This document shows positions 20,763-32,046 of a stretch of 64,000 nucleotides of DNA, piece after piece. The stretch spans positions 4,960,001 to 5,024,000 of the forward strand of contig CBDCXR010000004.1 in assembly GCA_965223845.1 (NCBI GenBank), in the 5' to 3' direction. A model generated the notes under the pieces. That model did no database searches and had not been told where the DNA came from. It saw nothing but the letters and a program-made list of their open reading frames with translations. The stretch comes from Planctomycetota bacterium. Lineage in GTDB: Bacteria > Planctomycetota > UBA8108 > SXIK01. A program made the translations under genes and the position numbers. Every line of letters starts with the position of its first letter. Within the stretch, counting starts at the first letter, position 1.

Positions 20763-22844
20763 CTAGCGCGCCGCGCGCCGGCGAAGCGCGTGCCAGATCG
20801 ACTCGAACTGTCGATGCGCGTCACCGCCGAGGACTTCGGGAAGGGACGATCGACCTTCCGGCGCAAACTGGGGCATCTTCGTCTCCGGATCGATGCGCAG
20901 AGGGTCGCGCATCCAGCGGTGATAGAACTCGTGGCGCAGACGGGCGGGAAGATCGCGGAGGTCCGGTCCCTTCGCGTCGAAAACACCCTCCGCCTTGACG
21001 CCACCGAGATCGTGACACGTCGCGCACGCGAATCCGTCGGTCGGCTGGATGAGTTGATCTCCCACGCTCGCGAGCTCCGCGTCGATCGCGGGGCCGGCGG
21101 GCGGAGTCACGCTCACCCCGTGTCCGAGCGCGAGCCCCTCCGCGAGAAGGCCCGCGGGCCCCGTAAACTTCGGCATCCTCGAGCCGAGCCACGGACGGAT
21201 GAGACGAGTTTCGACGTCCGTCGATACGACCGTCGCAAGCCAGTCGGGGTGCAGCTTCTCACCGGCCCACGTGAGCGTAGGGCGAAGCTGAATCAGCTTC
21301 GGTTCGCCGGCCTCGTCGACGAGCTCTTCGCCTCCGCTCGCGTCCTCGAGCGTCGACCAGGCGTCGGAAAGGCCGTCGCGGCGGTGACACGACGTGCAGC
21401 GCATCCGGGCGATGTGCCGTTCGGCGAACTCCACCGGAGCGACGCGATGAAGCGACGCGACATCGTCCGCGGCGAACGCGCGGAGCGCCGCGCGGTCCGT
21501 CTCGTTGAAGCCGAAATCCGGCGCGGACGCGCGAGTCTCGTTCGACGCCGACAAACAACCGGCCGTCATGGCGCCGCTGAGTACGGCCGTCAGGGGAGGA
21601 GCCGCTTCCGGCGGAGTCGATTCCTCGGAATGACACGCGCGACATCCTAGTTCGGCGAAGAATCTCTCGCCGCGCTCGGAATCGCCCCCGAGGACACCCA
21701 GCTCGGGCGAGCCTCCCGTCGTCCCGATGAGAAACGAGGCCAGATCCTCGGCGTCGGGAACCGACAGTCCGAGGTCGGGCATCCGCGACGACCGCGAGAA
21801 GCGATGCGGATCGAGCAGGAATCGCGTCAGCCCTTCTCGCTTCCACTTCGCCCCCACATGTGCGAGCGATCGACGCCCGTGGAGGTCCCGATCGTCCGCC
21901 GCCTCGAGCCGGTGGCAAGCGACACAACCGAGCTCGGCGAAGCGCTCGGCCCCGCGATCTGAATCGCCCGAATGACGTTTCAGTACGACCGGCGGATCCG
22001 ATGAAGCAGCGAGGACGGTGCGGGTAGCGAGATACGCGACGATGTCCTTTGCGGCAGTGTCCATGCCGGAGTCGGCCGGCGCGCCGTGAACCACGCGCGG
22101 CATGGTCGCATCCGAAAGCATGGACCGAGGCGAGCTGATCCAGCGTGCGATCCAGCCGGCATGGAGGCGGGAGACGATCCCATCGAGCAGAGGCGCGGTA
22201 TAACCGAGCTCCGGCATCGCGCGCACGCGAGCCTTGGACGACAGACGGTGGCACGCCAGGCATCGACGCGAAGCGACGAGCTCGCGTCCTCGGCGCACCA
22301 GCGTCCGATTGGCGAGAAGCTCGTGCGACGGGTCGTGACGCAGGAAGCGCGGTGGGACGGGCTCGGTGCCGAAATCAAACGACGACCACAAAATGCGAAA
22401 CCATGCGTCCCCTTCCGGCGGACTCTCGTAGCGAACAACGAAGCGCCGCGGCCCCTCCTCGAGCTCGACCTCCTTCGACGCGATCTTCGCCAGATCCCCA
22501 CTCGTCCGCGGCAGAACGCTTTCGCCATCGATCTCGAGCTCCAATGTTCCGGCACCTTCGGCCGAGAAGGTGTAATCGTCGAAGAAGTCGACGAGAAGAT
22601 AGCCTTCGAACGTCGCTCGAAAACGCCCGGGGGAGAGAAACGGCGTCGGAGCCTCGCCGTCCGGAACGCGGAGCGCGAGAAGTCGAGACGCTCGGGCGTC
22701 CCGTCGGGGCGGTGCGCCGGATTCGCTCGAGCGTTCGAACGTGACCGCGACCCCCCGCCCGAGCTCGTTCGACTCGGCGAGAAGCGAAGCGGGGACATTC
22801 GCGATGACCGCGACGAAGATGGAGCTTGCGAGGTGGGTACGCAC
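20763..22844 (-). CDS. Secreted multiheme c-type cytochrome with N-terminal PA14-like domain
   Basis: Five CxxCH motifs (CLACH, CVACH, CRACH, CTSCH, CATCH) with downstream MP distal-Met motifs. FRATFEGYL...YTF is PA14-like. Signal peptide present. Confidence 0.85.
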   Translation of the reverse strand: MRTHLASSIFVAVIANVPASLLAESNELGRGVAVTFERSSESGAPPRRDARASRLLALRVPDGEAPTPFLSPGRFRATFEGYLLVDFFDDYTFSAEGAGTLELEIDGESVLPRTSGDLAKIASKEVELEEGPRRFVVRYESPPEGDAWFRILWSSFDFGTEPVPPRFLRHDPSHELLANRTLVRRGRELVASRRCLACHRLSSKARVRAMPELGYTAPLLDGIVSRLHAGWIARWISSPRSMLSDATMPRVVHGAPADSGMDTAAKDIVAYLATRTVLAASSDPPVVLKRHSGDSDRGAERFAELGCVACHRLEAADDRDLHGRRSLAHVGAKWKREGLTRFLLDPHRFSRSSRMPDLGLSVPDAEDLASFLIGTTGGSPELGVLGGDSERGERFFAELGCRACHSEESTPPEAAPPLTAVLSGAMTAGCLSASNETRASAPDFGFNETDRAALRAFAADDVASLHRVAPVEFAERHIARMRCTSCHRRDGLSDAWSTLEDASGGEELVDEAGEPKLIQLRPTLTWAGEKLHPDWLATVVSTDVETRLIRPWLGSRMPKFTGPAGLLAEGLALGHGVSVTPPAGPAIDAELASVGDQLIQPTDGFACATCHDLGGVKAEGVFDAKGPDLRDLPARLRHEFYHRWMRDPLRIDPETKMPQFAPEGRSSLPEVLGGDAHRQFESIWHALRRRAAR

Positions 22845-22917
22845 GGGCAGCCCGGATCACGGTCTCGGAGGCGGTGGCGATCGCGGCGGTACTCTGCCGC
22901 GCGGACTCGTCTCCAGT

Positions 22918-25665
22918 TTACCCCGCGCGCTCAACGCGCACCGGGCAGACCTTGAGCTCCGCCGTGTGCGTGATGGGGTCATACCCCGAGCCGGTGAGCA
23001 CGTTCACGGGAACGTCGTTGAAGCTGAAGCTAGAAAACACGGTTCCTCGGGGAGACCGCTCGGTCGCCCGTACACGAACTTTTACCGTCCCGCGGGCACT
23101 AGTCACTTCACACCAATCACCGTCGACGAGCCCCCATGCGGCGACGTCGTCCGGGTGAACCTCGAGACTCTCCTCGCTGAGGAGGTAGTCGATCCCGGCC
23201 GAGCGTCCGGTTTGAGTTCGCGTGTGGTACGACTCGAGCCGCCGCCCGGTCGTAAGCCAGACGGGATACTCCTCGCTCACCGTCTCCGCCGGATCGCGGT
23301 ACCGGATCATCGAGAACTTTCCGCGGCCGTTCACGAAGCCGTCCTCGTGAAGACGCGGCGTTCCGGGGTGATCCTTCGAAGGAACGGGCCACTGGTACTC
23401 GCCGCGCTCGATGCGATCCCAATCGAGACCGGCGTAGATCGGCGAAACTCCGCAGAGCTCGTTGAAAACCTCCTTCGCCGATGCGAACTCGAATCCGGGA
23501 AATCCCATACGCCGTCCGATCTCGGTGATGATCCACCAATCGGGCCGCGCGTCGCCGGGAGGCGAAACGGCAGCACGAAGCCTCTGCACCCGCCGCTCGG
23601 TGTTCGTGCACACGCCGTCCGTCTCCGCCCAAGAGGTCGCCGGAAGAACGACGTCGGCGACAGCAGCCGTCTCGGTCGGGAAGATATCGATCACGACGAG
23701 ATGCTCTAGACTCTCGAGAGCGTGCTCGCAGTGCTTCCGGTCGGGATCGCTGACGAGCGTGTTCTCGCCGCAGATCAACATCCCGTGAATCGAGCGACCG
23801 CATTCCTCGAGCGCGGTCACCTTCGTGATTCCCTTCTCGAGGTCGACCTTTCGGCCGTACGCCTTCTCGAACTTCTCCTGGTGAGCCGGGTCGGTGACGG
23901 ACTGAAATCCCGGATAGTTGTTCGGCAGCGCACCGGCGTCGCCCGCACCTTGGATATTGTTCTGCCCGCGCATCGGGTTGATCCCCGATCCTTCTTTCCC
24001 GATGTTGCCGGTCATCAGGGCGAGATTGCAGAGACTCTGCACGTTGTCGACGCCGCAGATATGCTCGGTGATTCCGAGGGTGTAGTAGATCGCCGACGGG
24101 TTTCCTCCACCGTACCAGCGCGCGGCGCGCTCCACGTCATCAGCGGGCACCTCGGTGATCGATTCGGCCCAGGTGGGAGAAAACGGCTCGAGGTGCTTCA
24201 GGAATTTGTCGCACCCCTGCGTTCGTTCGGCGACGAATTCGCGATCGACGAGTCCTTCGCGCGCGATCACGTGCGCCATCGCGAGGAGCAAGGCAACGTC
24301 GGAGCCGACGCGAATCGGAAGGTAGAGATCGGCCATCTCGGCGAGTCGAATGCGACGCGGGTCCGCGACGATGAGCTTCGCCCCGCGCGCGATCGCGCGT
24401 TTGAGGCGCGTCGCCGCGACGGGGTGACACTCCGTCATATTGGTCCCGATGCAGAAGATCACATCGGGCTTCTCCATGTCGCGAAGCGGATTCGACATCG
24501 CGCCTCGGCCGATCGTGGCCGCCAGACCGGCGACCGTCGGTGCGTGTCAAGCACGACTGCAGTTGTCGATGAAGTTGGTGCCGAAGCCGGTGCGGATCCA
24601 GCGCTGCATCATGTACGCGCATTCGCTCGGCGCTCGTCCGGATGCGACGCCGTAGACGGCGTGGCGGCCGTGCTTGTCGAGCACGGCCTGGAATCCGCCG
24701 GCGGCGCGATCGAGCGCCTCGTCCCACGAGGCCGGCCGGAGAGCGCCGTCATCGCCCCGAACGAGCGGCGTGTGGAGTCGCTCTTCGTGCTGGACGAAGT
24801 CGTAGGCGAATTGGCCTTTGATGCAGAGCGCGCCGCCGTTCGCCGGTCCGTCCATCGCGGGCTGAACACCGACGATCGTCTCGTCGCGCGTGAGAATGTC
24901 GACGGAGCAGCCGACGCCGCAGTAGGGACAGATGGTTCGCGTCTTCTCCGTCTCGCCGGGAACGTCCGCTTGCGCGAGCGCCTTCCGATCGGCGAGCGCA
25001 CCGGTCGGACAAGTCTGAACGCACTGTCCGCAAAACGTGCAGGCGGAGTCGCGAAGGAGTCCGTTGAACTCCGTTGTGATCTGCGTTTCGAATCCTCGGT
25101 TTCGTACGCTGATCGCGTAGTCACCTTCCTGTTCCGCACAGACGCGCACGCAGCGGTAGCAGGAGATGCATCGGTCGTAGTCGCGGAGGATGAACGGGTT
25201 GTCGTCGTCCATCCGGCTTTCGCCCGAGCGCGCGCCGGCGAAGCGGTTCGTACGCGCGTCGTATTCATCGACGAGTGTCGATAGCTCCTGCGACGCCGAG
25301 CCGCGGAGCGGATCCACGTCCACCTCGCCGTTCTCCGATGCGACGAGCTCGAGAAGCGTTCGCCGATACTTCGCGATCGCCTCCGTGCTCGTCCGGACGA
25401 CCATCCCCGGCGCGGCCGGAGTCGTACACGAGGCGACGGGGTTCCTCGCACCTTCGACCTCGACGACGCAGAGACGGCACGCGCCGAACGGCTCGAGTCG
25501 GGGGTCGTAGCAGAGCGTGGGGATCTCGGAGCTCGCGCCTCCATTCGCCTGCGCGCGCTGGCGCTGGGCGACCTCGTAGATCGTCTCCCCCGGCGTGAAC
25601 GCGATGCGCTCGCCGTCGAGAGTGATCTCGTTCGACTTCTTCTGCGTCTTCGTTTCCGTCGTCAT
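22918..25665 (-). CDS. fdhF: Selenocysteine-containing formate dehydrogenase alpha subunit (Mo/W-bisPGD) with N-terminal Fe-S domains, about 915 aa
   Basis: Track ORFs 24547..25665 and 22918..24498 are in the same frame and joined by TGA 24549-24547, giving DNCSRA-U-HAPTVAGL, the FDH active-site motif. Other motifs: IPTLC, CRLC, CISCYRCVRVC, CTFCGQCVQTCP, CPYCGVGC and RGQNNIQG. Confidence 0.93.
24517..24535 (-). promoter_or_regulatory. Bacterial SECIS element
   Basis: GGUCGCC-GGUCU-GGCGGCC hairpin (7 bp, one G-U) starting 11 nt after the UGA. Position and apical sequence resemble the E. coli fdhF SECIS. Confidence 0.85.
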
Positions 25666-25686
25666 CGCTTCTCGCCCGCGTCGAGG

Positions 25687-27417
<1,731 letters not shown>

Positions 27418-27514
27418 TCGCTCAGCCGCTCTGGTTCGCTCCGATCCTTGAGTTATCCCTGATCGACCGAGCGATTGCAACGCGAGCCGACCGTACGCCG
27501 AGCGATGTTGGGGC

Positions 27515-29710
27515 TCAGTTTTTCTTCACGCGGATCTCGACGCGGTCGATCGCTCCGGTGAAGGGATTCGGCGGAGCGTACGGACCCACGGCGCCACCTT
27601 CATCGCTTCCGACCTCGAGGCCGTCGATCGGCATCCGCGCCATCGCTCCCGGACTGGTTCCCTTCGCGACGGTTTGACCGTCCACCGCGATGGCGATCGC
27701 ACCGTCCTTCGCAAGCGAGGCGGTGACGCGCGAGTTCGCGACGAGTGTCGTCTGCCCCTCGACGACCGCAAGAGTTCCGCGGTGGCGCGTCGCGAACGCG
27801 AGCTTTCCCTTCCGCACGAAGAGCGCCCAACCGTCACTCGGTCCGCCCTGCGCGACGATCACTCCTTCGCCGGGTCGCGAGAGCTCGGCGACGATGTGGA
27901 CACTCTGCTCCGCGACGTAGGGCGCCTCCGCCCGTGCGAGCCGCTCTCCGGCCTTGAGCTCGAAACGTCGCTTTCGACTGAAATCAGCGCGCTTCTCCCG
28001 CTTCTTGTAATACGGCACGAGCGGGTAGACGTGAGCCCGCTTCGCCCACGCGTCCCAACGCGCGGCGAGCTCCGCCGCCAGTTTCGGACGAGCGCGGGAG
28101 AGATCCATCAATTCCGTCCGGTCCGCGGCGAGGTAGTAGAGCTCCCACGGACCGGCCTCGCCGCGAGCGACGAGCTTCCAATCGCCGACGCGAACCGCTC
28201 GATTCCCTTCGTGCTCCCAATAGAGCGCCTCCCGCTCGATCGTCTCCCCGCTGAAGGCGGGGCGGAGGCTGCGTCCTTCCAAGGGCTGAATTTCCTGCCC
28301 GCGGTAGGACTTCGGGTACTCCGCTCCGGCGACATCGACGCAGGTCGCCATGAGATCGATGAGGTGACCCGGCTGATGCTCGAGTTCGCCGCGCCGAGCG
28401 AGGCCACGGGGCCAATGGACGACGAGCGGCGTCGCGATCCCACCCTCGTGCACCCAGTGCTTGTAGCGGCGAAACGGAGTGTTCGAAGCGTTCGCCCACG
28501 GAAGGCCGTAGGCGATGTACGTGTCGGCGGGACCCGGCATCACGCCGTAGCCCGTTCGCACGGGACGCCCGTCGCGTGTGTGGGTCGGCTGCATTCGCGT
28601 CTGAAGCTCGCCCGGACGCATCGGCTTCCGTTCGACCTTCCTCGCCGGATCCGGCCGCTCGGATCCGCGGCTGCCGTACTCTTCCGCGCAGCCACCGTTG
28701 TCGGCCAAGAAAAGGACGAGCGTGTTCTCGAAGACACCGGTTTCTCGAAGCGCCTTTACGATGTGCGCGATGCCTTGGTCCATGCGGTCGACCATCGCCG
28801 CGTAGACTTCCATCCGGCGTTCGAACCATGGCTTGTCCTTCGCGTCGACCCAGGCGGGTGCCTGTGGATCGCGCGGGGTCCGCGTCCATTCCTTTTCGAC
28901 GATCCCCATCGCGATCATGCGCTCGTGCCGTTCCCGCCGGAGCTCGTCCCAGCCCTTCGCATAGCGTCCCCGATACTTCGCAATGTCGTCGGGAAGCGCG
29001 TGCATCGGCCAGTGCGGCGCGGTGTAAGGCACGTAGAGGAAGAACGGCTTGTCGCGCGCGCGCTCGGCGTGTTCTCGGATGTACTTCGCAGCGTGGTCGC
29101 TGATCGCGTCGGTGTAGTAGAAGTCGTCCGACTCGGGCGCGATCTGCGTGTTGTCGCGCGTGAGAGAGTTCGGGTCGAAGAAACTGCCCGCGCCGTGAAT
29201 GGTACCGAAGAAGCGATCGAATCCCCGCTGGATCGGCCAGTTCGACTTGTCGCCGTCCGGCCGAGTGTCTTTCGTGACGTGCCACTTGCCCGACATGTAC
29301 GTCGCGTAGCCGGCCGCGCGCAGCACCTCTGCGATGGTGACCGAACGGCGATTCAACTCGCCGCGGTAACCGTCGTAGCCGCTGTCCTGCATCATCCAGC
29401 CGACACCCGCCTGGTGCGGGTAGAGTCCCGTGAGGAGACTGGCGCGCGTCGGGCAGCAGCGCGCGGTGTTGTAGAACTGCGTGAACCGAAGCCCGTTCGC
29501 GGCGAGCGCGTCGATGGTCGGTGTCTCGATCTCGCCGCCGTAGCAGCCGATGTCCGAGTACCCCATGTCGTCAGCCATCATGATCACGATGTTCGGGCGA
29601 TCGCCGCGCGATTCACTCCCGGCGAAGGCGACGGGAGCGAAGGCGAACGAGGCAAAGAGCGCGAGCGAAAACCTAAGCTTCGGATCGAGGACTCTAGTAC
29701 AGATGGGCAT
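27515..29710 (-). CDS. Arylsulfatase with C-terminal beta-sandwich extension
   Basis: PNIVIMMADDMG, CCPTRASLLTG, GKWH, YTAPHWP, ADNGG and YWEHEGNRA. Signal peptide present. Confidence 0.93.
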   Translation of the reverse strand: MPICTRVLDPKLRFSLALFASFAFAPVAFAGSESRGDRPNIVIMMADDMGYSDIGCYGGEIETPTIDALAANGLRFTQFYNTARCCPTRASLLTGLYPHQAGVGWMMQDSGYDGYRGELNRRSVTIAEVLRAAGYATYMSGKWHVTKDTRPDGDKSNWPIQRGFDRFFGTIHGAGSFFDPNSLTRDNTQIAPESDDFYYTDAISDHAAKYIREHAERARDKPFFLYVPYTAPHWPMHALPDDIAKYRGRYAKGWDELRRERHERMIAMGIVEKEWTRTPRDPQAPAWVDAKDKPWFERRMEVYAAMVDRMDQGIAHIVKALRETGVFENTLVLFLADNGGCAEEYGSRGSERPDPARKVERKPMRPGELQTRMQPTHTRDGRPVRTGYGVMPGPADTYIAYGLPWANASNTPFRRYKHWVHEGGIATPLVVHWPRGLARRGELEHQPGHLIDLMATCVDVAGAEYPKSYRGQEIQPLEGRSLRPAFSGETIEREALYWEHEGNRAVRVGDWKLVARGEAGPWELYYLAADRTELMDLSRARPKLAAELAARWDAWAKRAHVYPLVPYYKKREKRADFSRKRRFELKAGERLARAEAPYVAEQSVHIVAELSRPGEGVIVAQGGPSDGWALFVRKGKLAFATRHRGTLAVVEGQTTLVANSRVTASLAKDGAIAIAVDGQTVAKGTSPGAMARMPIDGLEVGSDEGGAVGPYAPPNPFTGAIDRVEIRVKKN

Positions 29711-29943
29711 GGCTCTAACTCTCGGGGGCGGGAAAGACTCGCGCGCGAGGAATTCGCGCTGCATCGACTCTATCCGCGCTGCGGAGGTCGTTCAATCGAC
29801 TGCGACGTCGCCGCGGATGCGATGTACCGCGCTGCGCCTCGAGAATCGCGCCAGCGAGCGCTCCCCCCGACTCGCGTCGTGCGCTACCATGTCGAGAGTT
29901 CAGATCCCCTTACTCCGCACTCGCCATCGAAGGACACTCGCCC

Positions 29944-31278
29944 GTGATCTTGCGAACGACGGTTTTTCTCTGCTTGTGGATCCCGGCCATCGTCTCGGGC
30001 GCCGATGCGTGGCCCGAGTTTCGCGGCCCGGACGGTCAGGGTCACGCGACGGCTCAAAACCTACCGATCCGATGGAGCGAAACGGAAAACGTCGCGTGGA
30101 AGACATCGATCGGCGGCCGCGGATGGTCGTCTCCCGTCATCGAAGGCGATGAGATCTGGCTGACGACGGCCTACGAAAGCGAACTCTCCGACGAAGAGCG
30201 CGCGAAGCGACTCGAGGGCAATACCGGCAGTCAGCCTCTCACCGTCTCCGGACCGGTGAGCCTTCGCGTCGTCGGTGTCCGTCGCTCGAGCGGCGAGATC
30301 CTTCGGGAGGTCAGCGTGCTCCGCGCTGAATCGCCCGAACCGATTCACGAGCTGAACAGCTTCGCTTCCCCCACTCCCATACTCGAAAACGGGAAGCTGT
30401 ACGCTCACTTTGGAGCGAACGGAACGGCCTGCGTCGACACGAAGACGGGCGATGTCCTCTGGCGGAACACCGAGATCACGCTCAAGCACGAGAACGGCGC
30501 CGGCAGCTCCCCTATCAGCTGGAAGGACGTCATCATCTTCCACTGCGACGGCAGCGACGTGCAGTCCATCGTTGCGCTCGAGAAGAAGACCGGAACCATC
30601 GCGTGGCAGACCGATCGCAGCGGCAAGATGCACGATCACCCGCAGATGAAGAAGGCGTACGGTACGCCGCTCGTCGCGACCGTCGGTGGCAAACCGCAAG
30701 TCCTCTCGCCGGCGGCCGATTGGATCTACGCGTACGACCCGAAGAGCGGCGATGAACTGTGGAAGCTGCCGTACGGCGGCCTCGGATTCTCGATCGTGCC
30801 GCGCCCGAGTGTCGCGAGCGGACGAGCGTTCATGTGCACGAGTTTCATGAACTCGCAGCTTCTCGCCATCGACCTCGAGGGCGCGGACGCTCCGAGGATC
30901 GCTTGGCGCTACAAGCGACAAGTCCCGAAGATCTCGTCGCCGCTCGTCGTCGAGGACGAGATCTACTTCGTGAGCGACAAGGGCGTCGCGACCTGCCTCG
31001 ACACGAAGAGCGGCGATCGACATTGGGTCGAGCGCCTCGGGGGAAACTACTGCGCTTCTCCCCTCTACGCGGACGGCCGGATCTACTTCTTCAATCGGGA
31101 AGGCGTTGCGACGGTCATCGAGCCTGGCGCGAAATTCGTGAAGCTCGCAGAGAACGAGCTCGAGTCCGGATTCATGGCCTCGGCGGCGGCGGTCGGCGAT
31201 GCGCTCTACGTCCGGACCGAGAAGGCGATGTATCGCCTCGCCCGCCCCGAGCCGAAGCCTGCGACGAGCGGAGATTGA
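29944..31278 (+). CDS. PQQ-binding-like beta-propeller repeat protein (planctomycete type)
   Basis: WPEFRGPDGQG, W...NVAWKT..G.GWSSP, ASPTP and repeated TG..W motifs. Confidence 0.92.
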   Translation: MILRTTVFLCLWIPAIVSGADAWPEFRGPDGQGHATAQNLPIRWSETENVAWKTSIGGRGWSSPVIEGDEIWLTTAYESELSDEERAKRLEGNTGSQPLTVSGPVSLRVVGVRRSSGEILREVSVLRAESPEPIHELNSFASPTPILENGKLYAHFGANGTACVDTKTGDVLWRNTEITLKHENGAGSSPISWKDVIIFHCDGSDVQSIVALEKKTGTIAWQTDRSGKMHDHPQMKKAYGTPLVATVGGKPQVLSPAADWIYAYDPKSGDELWKLPYGGLGFSIVPRPSVASGRAFMCTSFMNSQLLAIDLEGADAPRIAWRYKRQVPKISSPLVVEDEIYFVSDKGVATCLDTKSGDRHWVERLGGNYCASPLYADGRIYFFNREGVATVIEPGAKFVKLAENELESGFMASAAAVGDALYVRTEKAMYRLARPEPKPATSGD

Positions 31279-31378
31279 TCCAATTCGCTCTGAAGTAGTC
31301 AGTTACGCCCTCCTGCCAGGCTCTTCCGCGGGCGCGAGTTCCGTGTCCTGAACGCAGCCGAGCCGCAGTATCAGGACT

Positions 31379-32032
31379 ATGAGCAGCCTCCCGCCCCTCC
31401 GCGATTCGAGCGAAACGGTCGAGCTCCTTCGGCGAGCCGGCGAAGGAGACGACGCGGTTCTCGACGACCTCTTCTCGCGCCATCGCTCGCGCCTCGAGCG
31501 CATGGTCGCCCTGAGGATGGCGGAGAAGCTGCGGCCGAGGATCGATCCCGCGGATGTCGTCCAGGACGCGCTGCTTCAAGCCTCGCGCCGCCTCTCCGAG
31601 TATCTCGAAGACCCCGGAGTGCCGTTCTTCCTCTGGCTGCGCTACCTCACCCGTCAGCGGCTCGCTGAGCTGCACCGGTTCCATCTCGGCGCTCAAGCGC
31701 GCGACCCGCGGCGCGAGGTTGCGATCTATCAGCGCGCGATGCCGGCCGCGACGACGCAAGCCCTCGCCGCCCAGCTCCTCGGGCGCCTCGACACGCCGTC
31801 ACAGCAGATCGCACGCGTCGAGCTGCAAGTGAAGCTGCAGGAGGGTCTCAACCGCATGGACGCGTCCGATCGAGAGATCATCGCACTCCGGCACTTCGAG
31901 CAGCTCACGAACGTCGAGGTCGCGCGCGAACTCGACATCAAGGAGAGCGCGGCGAGCAAGCGCTACATCCGCGCGCTCGAGCGTCTGCAAAAGATCCTCA
32001 GCCAGCTCGGAATCGAATCATTCCTCGACTGA
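31379..32032 (+). CDS. ECF-type sigma-70 factor (planctomycete-specific subfamily)
   Basis: [33 protein letters not shown] and [19 protein letters not shown]. Confidence 0.93.
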   Translation: MSSLPPLRDSSETVELLRRAGEGDDAVLDDLFSRHRSRLERMVALRMAEKLRPRIDPADVVQDALLQASRRLSEYLEDPGVPFFLWLRYLTRQRLAELHRFHLGAQARDPRREVAIYQRAMPAATTQALAAQLLGRLDTPSQQIARVELQVKLQEGLNRMDASDREIIALRHFEQLTNVEVARELDIKESAASKRYIRALERLQKILSQLGIESFLD

Positions 32033-32046
32033 TCGCGGAGAGTGCG

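Noticed and set aside
22918-25665. Formate dehydrogenase as a split gene or pseudogene
   Set aside because: The interrupting TGA is at the Sec position and is followed by a SECIS, so this is recoding rather than decay.
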